Assembly (NCBI GenBank): GCA_031423775.1 | Contig: JANPGF010000011.1 | Span: forward strand, 31,502-95,501 | Origin: Candidatus Kaiserbacteria bacterium | GTDB taxonomy: Bacteria; Patescibacteriota; Minisyncoccia; Phycocordibacterales; UBA918 | DNA: 64,000 nt | Direction of reading: 5' to 3' | Shown: positions 17,351-26,060 of the stretch, piece by piece | Layout of the letters: every line of letters begins with the position of its first letter | Position numbering within the stretch: position 1 is the first letter of the stretch | The notes under the pieces: generated by a model | The model's database searches: none | Told to the model about the DNA's origin: nothing | Seen by the model: the letters and a program-made list of their open reading frames with translations, nothing else | Made by a program: the position numbers and the translations under genes

Positions 17351-18715
17351 ATGAAACGCTTTAGCGAACAACTTCATAAAAAATCTTTACTTATCCGCAT
17401 GAAAGCGGTCGAGAAAGATGAATTACGCGCACGTGTAGCGGCGTTTATGGAGTACCATCCGCTTGCTGCGACAAGTCAGACTGTGGTCCGTAAGGCCCCT
17501 GTTTTGCCGCCATTCCGAGTCATTCGAATTCCAGCGCTCTATATTCGAGCAGGGATTGGAGCTTTTATGATGCTGCTGATAGTCGGAGTGCCCGCGTTGG
17601 CTGAAAAATCTGTACCGGGTGATATTTTATATCCTATTAAAGTCCAGGTAACAGAAGAAATTCGTAGTTCGCTAAATCGTGACCCGTATCAAAAGGTGGC
17701 ATGGGAAACAACTCGATTAGAGCGACGTATCACCGAGGCTCGTCAATTAGCGAAAGCAGGTAAGCTTACGCCAGAGGTCCAAGCGAGTGTGCTCGAGGCC
17801 GTACAGGCGCAAAAGGAGGTTACGGTGAATCAAATTGATTCGCTCCGTACGACTGACGCTGAAGGTGCTAGTTTGGCTCAGCTTACCTACGCTACAATGC
17901 TGGATGTACAGTCGTCAGTATTAAAGGCTGATGATAGTGCCAGTACGACCGCCGGTAAATCAACCGTTGCTCTGGCTGATGCTATCGATGCCAGTTTGGT
18001 TGAAGTACAGAGTAAAGATGACTCCGCTGCTGTTTCAGTCGAGCGTTTGCAGGCACAGCTCGAACAAGAGACTACTCGGGCGTATGAACTATTGCAAAAT
18101 ATCGGGCAGATTGCTACTGAACAGGAACATAAAGACATTGAACGACGCTTGTCTGATGTTGATCATAAAATTGAAATGGCAACCAAAGACACTACAAATG
18201 ATCTCGAATCGCGTCAAACTGAACTCCGTAGTGCGTGGAGTGATATTCAAAAGTTGATTTCATTTATGACCGATATTGATGTTCGTGGGGCCCTCGCTAT
18301 TGAAACCTTGGTTCCTGTAGTGCCAACTGATTCTGAACGTTTGACCCTGATTGTGCAGCATACTGCAACTGCTTCAAATAATTTAGATCGAGTTGAGAAG
18401 GGGATTGATGTGGTAAAAAATCCAGCTATGCTTGCCAAAATTACCCTCTCGATTCCACATTCATATGAACTCCTAAAGCAAGCCAGTACGAGCATTGCAG
18501 CGAATGACATTGATTCTGCTGAGGCAGCGGCTACAGAGGTTCTTGATCTAACGACATCGATGTTGGCACTAGCAACATTCCCTGAAATTACCGTTACAAC
18601 TCCTATTGCGACAGGTACTGCTGCTACCACAACCGCGGTTACTGCTTCGACTACTGTCACTGGTACTTCTACCACCAGTACCGCTACTGCTACCGATACT
18701 ATCTCAGTAGAGTAA
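17351..18715 (+). CDS. Putative anti-sigma factor / DUF5667-like membrane-anchored protein with a Thr/Ala-rich C-terminal tail
   Basis: It lies immediately downstream of the ECF sigma gene. It has an N-terminal cytoplasmic segment, one TM helix, a long coiled-coil-like periplasmic part and a low-complexity T/A-rich C-terminus. Confidence 0.45.
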   Translation: MKRFSEQLHKKSLLIRMKAVEKDELRARVAAFMEYHPLAATSQTVVRKAPVLPPFRVIRIPALYIRAGIGAFMMLLIVGVPALAEKSVPGDILYPIKVQVTEEIRSSLNRDPYQKVAWETTRLERRITEARQLAKAGKLTPEVQASVLEAVQAQKEVTVNQIDSLRTTDAEGASLAQLTYATMLDVQSSVLKADDSASTTAGKSTVALADAIDASLVEVQSKDDSAAVSVERLQAQLEQETTRAYELLQNIGQIATEQEHKDIERRLSDVDHKIEMATKDTTNDLESRQTELRSAWSDIQKLISFMTDIDVRGALAIETLVPVVPTDSERLTLIVQHTATASNNLDRVEKGIDVVKNPAMLAKITLSIPHSYELLKQASTSIAANDIDSAEAAATEVLDLTTSMLALATFPEITVTTPIATGTAATTTAVTASTTVTGTSTTSTATATDTISVE

Positions 18716-18733
18716 AAAAGTGAAGACAGACAG

Positions 18734-18765
18734 AAAACCCACCTTGTACAGGTGGGTTTTCAATT
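18734..18765 (+). terminator. Rho-independent terminator
   Basis: Hairpin aaaacccaccttgtacaggtgggtttt. Confidence 0.5.
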
Positions 18766-18794
18766 TTTAGCGAGAAGAGGTACAATGCGAAAGT

Positions 18795-19547
18795 ATGCAG
18801 CCAAAAATTTTACTCATACAATTTAGACACAATCCTGTTCATAGTGAGCTTGAGACATCAAGTATCGTTCGTGAACTTGGGCCGGCCGTGGCAACATATC
18901 GTGTCTCAGCTCTCGACGATTCTATTGATTGGAATGATCCAAAATCGTTACTAGAGTCGTACGATGGGCTCATTTTAGGCGGATCGGGGGATTTTGATTT
19001 TGATGGAGGAAGAGATGTGTCTGATGTAGCAAAAGTTCAGTCGTATACCTTGTTGGAGCGACTGCGACCATTGTTTAATTATGTTTTTTCGGTTGATTTT
19101 CCTACCCTTGGCATCTGTTTTGGTCATCAGATGGTCGGTGCCTATTCTGGCGCTGTAGTGAGACATGATCCACTGCAAAAGAAAAGCCGATCACATAAGG
19201 TATTTGTGGTGGCGGCAGAAGTACCTGCGTTGCTGTCTGGGATGCCTGACACTTTTTATGCACACTATGGACACAAAGATAGTTTAGATCAGGTACCAGC
19301 CGGGGCCACACTTTTGGTGCAAGGTGGAGCTGAGTGTCGAGTATCGGCGCTACGTTATTTAGAAAATATTTACACCACGCAATTTCATCCAGAATTAACA
19401 GTAGATGATATGTATAAGCGTCTGGAATTACTGCCCGGATATTTGCCAGAAGGAGTTGATGTTTCAGCTGTATTTTCTGACGCCACTGAATCCAATCGAA
19501 TTCTACGAAACTTTTCTGAACTAGTTATGCGGTGTTCGGAGCGATAG
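18795..19547 (+). CDS. Class I glutamine amidotransferase-like protein
   Basis: GATase1 nucleophile elbow LGICFGHQM and a C-terminal His region (FHPE). Confidence 0.7.
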   Translation: MQPKILLIQFRHNPVHSELETSSIVRELGPAVATYRVSALDDSIDWNDPKSLLESYDGLILGGSGDFDFDGGRDVSDVAKVQSYTLLERLRPLFNYVFSVDFPTLGICFGHQMVGAYSGAVVRHDPLQKKSRSHKVFVVAAEVPALLSGMPDTFYAHYGHKDSLDQVPAGATLLVQGGAECRVSALRYLENIYTTQFHPELTVDDMYKRLELLPGYLPEGVDVSAVFSDATESNRILRNFSELVMRCSER

Positions 19548-19561
19548 CACTACAACTACAT

Positions 19562-19596
19562 AAAAACACCTCACGTTGTAACGTGAGGTGTTTTAT
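19562..19596. terminator. Bidirectional terminator between convergent genes
   Basis: Hairpin aacacctcacgttgtaacgtgaggtgtt. Confidence 0.5.
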
Positions 19597-19601
19597 TGTG
19601 A

Positions 19602-20702
19602 CTAGTGTGCTGGAGTGGAACTCGCGAGAGCACTGACGAGTCTGCTCGTAAGGAATGGTGCCATAGTTGAGGTAAAGATAGTAGCTCGCTTCGGGACATC
19701 GCTCGCGAGATTCGTTCGTAACGATACGCCCGTTTCTTCATTAATAGTGCTATTAATGTGGGTCATCGTGATAGCCCGTAGACTGCCCGCACCATCGGTG
19801 GTGTCATTACCTCGAGTGGTAATCATACCAATAACAGCACCATTTGAGTTCACAACCGGTCCACCCGAAGCGCCTTGTTCGCCCATTGTACTACCGCGGA
19901 GAGCAATTACATCCGCACGATTAGTAGTGAAAGTATACAGTTCTGAAATACTAGTAGTAGCTTCACGAGGTAAAAGGTCGGTGTCTGACCCTCCTCGAAG
20001 AAGAGCCCCGGCAGGGTATCCTGCTGCTACGACAGATTCATTGGTAATACGCTTGGTGAGAGGAGTGCTGTCGATAGCGAGGGCTGGAAAAGTAGCGGGT
20101 AATAAAGAATCGTCTACCGTACTCGTAACATACAACAGGGCGTAATCCCGTTCTCCTGTTCCGGTTGGTGCTTTTTCTCCGATGACTTTCGCATTTGCTT
20201 CAACCCACGCAGGTGGAATATAGAGTAGTTCTGCATTATATCGTGGGGCAGCTGGGTTACCCGTCCGAATAATACAACTAGTGTCTCCAAATGCCCCGGT
20301 TCGTTCAAGGAGGAGGAACTGTGCGACGTGGGCGTTTGTCATAATGACACCACTCGGGTGAACAAAAAACCCGCTTCCGGTAGTTGTTCGAATTTGTTTT
20401 GACGTGATTGAGGTACAGTAAATATTTACTATAGCATCCATAGGATTCGCGGTAGTCTTCCAGGTAATACTATCGCTGTTAGCCACTGCCGCCGCCTGGT
20501 ATTCACTGCTACGAAGGAGGATGTCAGGAATGTGGACTTGTGCAAAAAGTGAGGGAAGTGATGGTAGGCCACTATTACTTTGTTCCATCGTTGCGGAGAC
20601 TGGGTCGATATGAAAAGCATCGAGGATGTAATCTGCGAGTGTATTAGTAAGTGTAAGATACCCTATGAGTAGGGCTGACAGTGCGTGGGTAAGAAATTCC
20701 AT
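19602..20702 (-). CDS. Trypsin-like serine protease (S1 family, HtrA-like, no PDZ domain) with an N-terminal membrane anchor
   Basis: Catalytic His (MTNAHV), Asp and Ser (GEQGASGGPVV) motifs in the canonical order. Confidence 0.8.
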   Translation of the reverse strand: MEFLTHALSALLIGYLTLTNTLADYILDAFHIDPVSATMEQSNSGLPSLPSLFAQVHIPDILLRSSEYQAAAVANSDSITWKTTANPMDAIVNIYCTSITSKQIRTTTGSGFFVHPSGVIMTNAHVAQFLLLERTGAFGDTSCIIRTGNPAAPRYNAELLYIPPAWVEANAKVIGEKAPTGTGERDYALLYVTSTVDDSLLPATFPALAIDSTPLTKRITNESVVAAGYPAGALLRGGSDTDLLPREATTSISELYTFTTNRADVIALRGSTMGEQGASGGPVVNSNGAVIGMITTRGNDTTDGAGSLRAITMTHINSTINEETGVSLRTNLASDVPKRATIFTSTMAPFLTSRLVSALASSTPAH

Positions 20703-20792
20703 TGAGACAGTATATCATTATACGTACAGGAAAAAATTACATTTTCACGGGTGTCAGCTGGAGGTGTGTCACGTTATGTTACTATTGAAGAC

Positions 20793-21440
20793 ATGTTTTG
20801 GAAGCCTGCTCTCTCAGAAGAATATACCAGTGCTTTTAGTGAAGGACAGTATATTCGGTCATTGTTTCTGGCGTCAGTGTTTTTCTTTGCAAGTTTGGTT
20901 ACTAGTTCCCAAGCTGTTCTTTTTACGGCAAAAAATGCTGGGAACTATACGACTGATATTCTGCTCGATAATTTACCCGTGGTAAATACGGACATGATTT
21001 TTAGTCAGGGGGCATTACTATTAGTATTGTTTACCTTCATTCTTCTCTTTACGCGGCCGCGAACGGCAGCATTTACTTTAAAAACCATGGGACTGTTGAT
21101 TTTTACACGGTCACTCTTTGTGATCATGACTCATATTGCACCGTATCCTGACCATATCGTACCTGCAATGGATCAATACCGATTTATTACCTCCGGGGCC
21201 GATTTATTTTTCTCGGGCCATACGGCAATTCCGTATATGCTGGCGCTCATTTTCTGGCGGGCATCATACCTTCGGGCATTTTATATGGTGTGTTCAGTGA
21301 TTGCGGCGCTCGCGGTTCTCTTCGGCCATTTGCACTACACGATTGATGTTTTTGCGGCGTATTTTATAACACATGGAGTGTATCAGATTGCCCGGAGTTG
21401 GTTCTATAAGGATTTTAAGCGGTTTGAGAAGGCGTGGTAG
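20793..21440 (+). CDS. PAP2-superfamily-like integral membrane protein
   Basis: Multi-TM protein with SGHTA and HLHYTIDV motifs resembling the PAP2 PSGH / SRxxxxxHxxxD boxes. The start is uncertain (track ORF opens at a GTG at 20751). Confidence 0.45.
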   Translation: MFWKPALSEEYTSAFSEGQYIRSLFLASVFFFASLVTSSQAVLFTAKNAGNYTTDILLDNLPVVNTDMIFSQGALLLVLFTFILLFTRPRTAAFTLKTMGLLIFTRSLFVIMTHIAPYPDHIVPAMDQYRFITSGADLFFSGHTAIPYMLALIFWRASYLRAFYMVCSVIAALAVLFGHLHYTIDVFAAYFITHGVYQIARSWFYKDFKRFEKAW

Positions 21441-21448
21441 GGGGGTGG

Positions 21449-21466
21449 CGGGTGAGAGGAATCGGT
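21449..21466 (-). repeat. Direct duplicate of the 3' end of tRNA-Gly(TCC) (att-like)
   Basis: The 17-nt gcgggtgagaggaatcg is identical to the tRNA 3' end at 21663-21679 and lies 196 bp away in the same orientation. Confidence 0.5.
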
Positions 21467-21661
21467 CACGAATCACTAACTATATTTGTTCACTACGTTC
21501 CAAATCTAGTAAGTGTTCGCGACTCCGACTCGCGGTTCGCTACCGCTCACAGCGCTCCGTCTTTCGATTCCTCCCGCAACGTGCGCAGGCACGTTGCTTC
21601 ACCCGCACACTTTGTTCCAACAAAAAATCCCCTTATAGGGGATTTTTTGGGAACATATGTG

Positions 21662-21732
21662 TGCGGGTGAGAGGAATCGAACCCCCTACCGCTGCTTGGA
21701 AGGCAGCTATTTTACCAGTAAACTACACCCGC
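21662..21732 (-). tRNA. tRNA-Gly (anticodon TCC)
   Basis: Reverse complement folds as acceptor GCGGGTG/CACCCGC, anticodon stem GCTGC/GCAGC with loop CTTCCAA, T-arm GGGGG-TTCGATT-CCTCT region. Confidence 0.75.
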
Positions 21733-21828
21733 AATTGGTGTGGCACGATTCTACCATAGGTGGGCGATAATTCAACCTTACTATAGGCTATTTTAGGTAT
21801 GGTTGATTTGCTATACTGTTGTCATTAC

Positions 21829-22497
21829 ATGTCTCTGTCCTGCATTATTCCGGCGTATAACGAGGCAACGCGGATTGGCCGAGTGCTCGCAGTCGTTACT
21901 AGCTGCCCACTTATTAACGAAGTCGTGGTTATTGACGATTGTTCGCAAGATGAGACCAGTGAGGTGGTGGGACAGTTCAAAGGGGTAACGCTGCTCAGTC
22001 ATACGGTGAATAAGGGAAAAAGCGCATCAGTGTATGACGGCATTCAGAAATCTACTGGTGACATCCTGTTGTTTTTAGATGCCGACCTCGAAAACCTCAC
22101 TGCTGATAACTTGGAAAAAATAATCATGCCAGTGCTGACTGCCCAGGCTGATATCACGATAAGTCTACGTGGTAATGCCCCATTCCTTTGGAAAGTGCTG
22201 GGTATCGACTATATTTCTGGTGAACGTTGTTTTCGGAAAAGTTTTTTGTATGAGTCACTTGATGAGGTGAAACAATTACGCGGATTTGCACTCGAAGTAT
22301 TTTTAAATAACCGGATAGTTCAGCGTAAACTCCGGATTGCGATTGTAAAGTGGCCTAATGTGCACAGTCCTTTGAAGCGAAAACATTTTGGTGTCCATCT
22401 TGATTTCTTGATTATGGGGCTGACTGTCGTAAAAGAAATTTCGGTAGTTCGTATTGTGCAGCAAATCAGACAGATGAAACGGCTTATAATTAATTAA
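21829..22497 (+). CDS. Family 2 glycosyltransferase (DPM1-like)
   Basis: SCIIPAYNEATRI ... VVIDDCSQDET ... LDADLE, the GT-A DxD architecture. Confidence 0.8.
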   Translation: MSLSCIIPAYNEATRIGRVLAVVTSCPLINEVVVIDDCSQDETSEVVGQFKGVTLLSHTVNKGKSASVYDGIQKSTGDILLFLDADLENLTADNLEKIIMPVLTAQADITISLRGNAPFLWKVLGIDYISGERCFRKSFLYESLDEVKQLRGFALEVFLNNRIVQRKLRIAIVKWPNVHSPLKRKHFGVHLDFLIMGLTVVKEISVVRIVQQIRQMKRLIIN

Positions 22498-22508
22498 CTG
22501 CACACTGT

Positions 22509-23246
22509 ATGAAAATCAGTTTTGTTATTCCAGCTTATAACGAAGAAAAGATGATTGCCGCGTGTCTTGAATCAATTATGAAAGAAGCAGCTCGATATTC
22601 GTATGATACTGAAATTGTCGTAGTAAATAATAACTGTACCGATCGGACAAAAGAAGTTGCCCTTAGTTTTGCTGGAGTCCGGGTGGTAGACGAGCCCCGC
22701 AAAGGTATCGTATTCGCACGGCAGTGTGGAATGAATCATTCTGATGGGGAATTAATAGCCAACGTAGATTCAGACGTGCTTGTGCCAGAAGGATGGCTTA
22801 AAACAGTAATGGAGGCATTTGCTCACGATGCAGAACTGGTTGCGCTCAGTGGCCCGTATATCTATCACGATCTCTCGTTGTATCATCGCGCCCTGGTACG
22901 TGCATTTTACTATGGTGGGTATATCATGTATCTGCTTAATAATTATGTCTTTAACGTGAGCGGTATGCTCCAGGGTGGTAATTTTATCGTTCGACGTGAT
23001 GCCATGCAAAAGATTGGTGGGTATGACACCCGTATTTCGTTTTATGGAGAAGATACTGATATTGCCAAGCGCATCCGTGCGGTCGGGAAGGTGCGGTGGA
23101 CGTTCGCGCTCCCGATGTTCACCTCGGGTCGGAGATTACATGATGAAGGGATTTTTAAAACAGGTTTGACGTACGCGGTTAACTACATTTGGCCAATTAT
23201 ATTCTCAAAACCGTTCACGAATTCGTATCGAGATATCCGAGAATAG
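22509..23246 (+). CDS. Family 2 glycosyltransferase
   Basis: ISFVIPAYNEEKMI ... VVNNNCTDRT ... VDSDV. Confidence 0.8.
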   Translation: MKISFVIPAYNEEKMIAACLESIMKEAARYSYDTEIVVVNNNCTDRTKEVALSFAGVRVVDEPRKGIVFARQCGMNHSDGELIANVDSDVLVPEGWLKTVMEAFAHDAELVALSGPYIYHDLSLYHRALVRAFYYGGYIMYLLNNYVFNVSGMLQGGNFIVRRDAMQKIGGYDTRISFYGEDTDIAKRIRAVGKVRWTFALPMFTSGRRLHDEGIFKTGLTYAVNYIWPIIFSKPFTNSYRDIRE

Positions 23247-23295
23247 CCATAGTCGACATAATGAGTCATACAGAGCAAACTGATATACTACGCTC

Positions 23296-24072
23296 ATGAA
23301 TATACGTATTGTATCTTGGAATATTGCTGGCGGTCGCCCGACTGCCTCTTTGGATCAATTTGATTACGGGGCGGAAAATCTAGAGTATTTTATTACCGAG
23401 ATTCGGAAATACGATCCAGATATTATTTGTTTGCAGGAAGTCCACACGCCTTTGCAAGGTGGGGTATCTCAAGCAGAACTAATTGCAAAAGCCCTGCACT
23501 TGCCTTACATAATTAATTCTCCGATAAACGTATCTCATATAGATATTAACTACAACATTGGTATTGCCATTCTCTCAAAATTGCCTACTCAGGCAGAAAA
23601 AACACTCACCTTACCCAACCCACACCTTGAGTGTGTTTGGGCAGACGGCACTCTGGCATATACACACGAAAAAAATATACAGGTAGTTGCGTTTAATGAT
23701 TTTACTGTTGTAAATAATCATATGTTACCAATCACATTGTTTGGTTATTCGTACGATGATGCGTCACGCGGTGGGGAACTGGCTCGAAATATTAATGAAA
23801 TGATGAGTAAGAATGTTCCGTCTGGGTCACTCATTTGGTGTGGGGATTTTAACTATAATAATCCCCCGAACATCTATCCATGTATGCAGTCGTTGCAGCT
23901 TACTGATTCATTGCAGAATGAAGGAACGAGACCGGTAAAAGGTGGTGCTAAAAAGTGCCCCGATCATATCTACTGCACTCGCGAGTTTTTACTGCAGGAG
24001 TCTACTATCGAAAAAACAAACACTGACCACTACCTCTGTTTTGCAGAGTTTATCAAAGAGGAGGTGATATAA
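23296..24072 (+). CDS. Endonuclease/exonuclease/phosphatase (EEP) family protein
   Basis: IVSWNIAGG ... IICLQEV ... WCGDFN motifs. The terminator at 24073-24112 follows. Confidence 0.75.
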   Translation: MNIRIVSWNIAGGRPTASLDQFDYGAENLEYFITEIRKYDPDIICLQEVHTPLQGGVSQAELIAKALHLPYIINSPINVSHIDINYNIGIAILSKLPTQAEKTLTLPNPHLECVWADGTLAYTHEKNIQVVAFNDFTVVNNHMLPITLFGYSYDDASRGGELARNINEMMSKNVPSGSLIWCGDFNYNNPPNIYPCMQSLQLTDSLQNEGTRPVKGGAKKCPDHIYCTREFLLQESTIEKTNTDHYLCFAEFIKEEVI

Positions 24073-24283
24073 AAACAAAACACCCCGGCTGAGGGGTGCT
24101 TTGTTTTTGTGATGGGAAATAGCGAAGATTACTCTGTATTTCCACATAGCGTATTTACCTCCGCTACCCATTTATTTTAACATATCACTTTCAAATCACG
24201 GTGTGGAAAAACATCGGGATAAGACAAATGCTGCACTACATTTTTTACTAACCTAAGATATAGAGAAACTAGCTGTACAAAAA

Positions 24284-24431
24284 TTGATGCAGTCCTAGGC
24301 GCAGTGCGTCCAGCGATTTTCTCTGGGAGAGAAAATCGGGACCTAAATTCAGAATAGGTGAAGAGTGATTAAACCGCACTCTTCACGCGCTCGTTTCTTC
24401 ATTCAGCAACGAAGTAATGTGCTATTTTTAG
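24284..24431 (+). repeat. Dispersed intergenic repeat family R1, copy a (downstream of hupB)
   Basis: Shares gatgcagtYcNagg and caacgaagWaatgYgctattttt modules with 28524-28626 and 54476-54675. It also embeds an inverted copy of the R2 leader (cgctcgtttcttcatt). Confidence 0.55.
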
Positions 24432-24442
24432 AAATTTAACAA

Positions 24443-24484
24443 AAGAAATAACGGGCACCTAGTGGTGTCCGTTATTTCTTTTGT
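24443..24484 (-). terminator. Terminator of hupB
   Basis: Hairpin aagaaataacgggcacctagtggtgtccgttatttctt. Confidence 0.55.
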
Positions 24485-24493
24485 TGAAAAGGA

Positions 24494-24769
24494 TTATCCC
24501 TTTACTGAATCCTTGAGTCCCTTCGCAGCGCGGAACTTTGGAACGCGCATTGCAGCTACTGGTACAGTTTCACCAGTACGTGGGTTTCGAGCCTCGCGAG
24601 CAGCTCGCATCTTCGCTTCGAAAATACCAAAACCAGCGATTGATACAGCGTCGCCATCCTTCATTGCTGCTTCGATGTTACCAAACACTGCTTCAACCGC
24701 TCGTTCAGCGTCAGCCTTGGTCGTGCCAAGAACTTCGTGTACTTTCGCGATGATATCTGCTTTATTCAT
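24494..24769 (-). CDS. hup: DNA-binding protein HU
   Basis: Full-length HU signature (MNKADIIAKV ... GFGIFEAKMRAAREARNPRTGE ... KFRAAKGLKD). Confidence 0.9.
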   Translation of the reverse strand: MNKADIIAKVHEVLGTTKADAERAVEAVFGNIEAAMKDGDAVSIAGFGIFEAKMRAAREARNPRTGETVPVAAMRVPKFRAAKGLKDSVKG

Positions 24770-24938
24770 ATTCAGAATTTATATTCTAAGGGCGATTAAT
24801 TTTGTGCTGAGTAACGCTCAGCCGCGGTGCCTAATATTTATTGGCTTGACACCATTATATAGCAAGCTCGTTTGACCGCAATGCCTAACAGAGCGAAAAT
24901 TGTGTGTTGTAATAAATATAGAAAAAGCCACCCGAAGT

Positions 24939-25115
24939 TCAATCGGATGGCTTTGGATTGCTTTTGGTCCATTTCGCAACATGGCCTTTACACCGCGGGC
25001 AGGTGACAAAGTTGATGACTTTGGTCGCGGTCGGCCTGAGGACAAACCCCGTACCCAAACAGCGTCTGCAATAGGGATGCGGGCAATGAGGGGGTGTAGG
25101 TGCAACAAGCGGCAT
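24939..25115 (-). CDS. Unannotated small zinc-ribbon protein (58 aa)
   Basis: Hand translation gives MPLVAPTPPHCPHPYCRRCLGTGFVLRPTATKVINFVTCPRCKGHVAKWTKSNPKPSD with CxxC...CxxC. It lies in a locally GC-rich patch upstream of hupB. The RBS is weak and the ORF is below the 60-aa cutoff of the ORF track. Confidence 0.3.
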   Translation of the reverse strand: MPLVAPTPPHCPHPYCRRCLGTGFVLRPTATKVINFVTCPRCKGHVAKWTKSNPKPSD

Positions 25116-25253
25116 AAGGAACCTCGCGTGAAGAGTTTCAAGCTGGCGCTACAGTACCATAAAACACTTAAAAAACAAGGAAATTTAATCAGAATTGCTT
25201 TACATATTTACAATATGTGTTATTTTTCTCTTTAGAAAAGGGAGTAGGTTGAC

Positions 25254-25988
25254 ATGTCTGAACAAAAAACTGAAGGATATAACGTGGTTTTTCGCTTCAC
25301 CACGGCAGCGGGTCCGCTTGCAGGTTCGATGGAATGTATGTGGTTTGATAGTGTGACAGCTTTCCATTGGTGGTACGATCCGATTAAAACCGCATTGCTG
25401 AATGAAGTAGTTGCGGAAGGTATTACCGACGAAGAAGCTGAAAACCTTGTTGTCAGTAATATGCCGCCTGAACCAGTACTCCTGGTAGAGCGTATGAAGG
25501 TTGCGCGTCAGCAGAATATTACACGCGAGTTGACCGCAGATGAGTTCTCTCGTGACTACATTTGTCCTGGACATTGGAGTACTAAAGAGGGGTTGGCACC
25601 AATCGGTGTTGTCCCCTTGGCTTTACGGGGTTTGTATCTACTAGCTCTCGAGATTGAGGCAACAAATCGAAATGAACGTACTCGACGCGAAGTATCAGAG
25701 TTTGGGAAGCTCGTTTATGATAATGAACGAATGGAGTTTCAGATCGCAATTGAGACCGATGAGGACCCTTTATTTGCTGGCGCTGATCAGGTGATGGAGT
25801 GTTTTGCAAAGGAACTCGAGCTTTGTCTTCCAGCAATCGCGCCAAATATCAAGCGTGGACGAATGTTCCGTATCGAGAAAGATTGGATGTTGTATTCAGC
25901 GCCGGAGATACCGTTTCGCGACGAACAACAACGGCGAGAGGCGATAGAGGGAGCTGCGCGGCTGCGCGCATTATTAGGTGAGGAATGA
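25254..25988 (+). CDS. Hypothetical protein (244 aa)
   Basis: ORF with RBS AAGGGAG upstream. No family recognised. Confidence 0.5.
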   Translation: MSEQKTEGYNVVFRFTTAAGPLAGSMECMWFDSVTAFHWWYDPIKTALLNEVVAEGITDEEAENLVVSNMPPEPVLLVERMKVARQQNITRELTADEFSRDYICPGHWSTKEGLAPIGVVPLALRGLYLLALEIEATNRNERTRREVSEFGKLVYDNERMEFQIAIETDEDPLFAGADQVMECFAKELELCLPAIAPNIKRGRMFRIEKDWMLYSAPEIPFRDEQQRREAIEGAARLRALLGEE

Positions 25989-26060
25989 CCGCTGGAACGA
26001 TACGGGCGTAACGCAAACCGCCTCGGCCATAACTGGCCGGGGCGGATTTTTTGTATCTCG

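Noticed and set aside
17887-18675. Minus-strand ORFs antisense to the anti-sigma-like gene
   Set aside because: Low-complexity Ala/Val/Thr-rich translations mirroring the T/A-rich coding strand. Antisense artefacts.
21373-21759. ORFs 21373-21759 and 21434-21670 on the plus strand
   Set aside because: They overlap tRNA-Gly(TCC) and the att-like repeat. Only the C-terminal FVPTKN fragment similarity to gene 7824-8231 is meaningful, and it is interpreted as a gene remnant rather than a live CDS.
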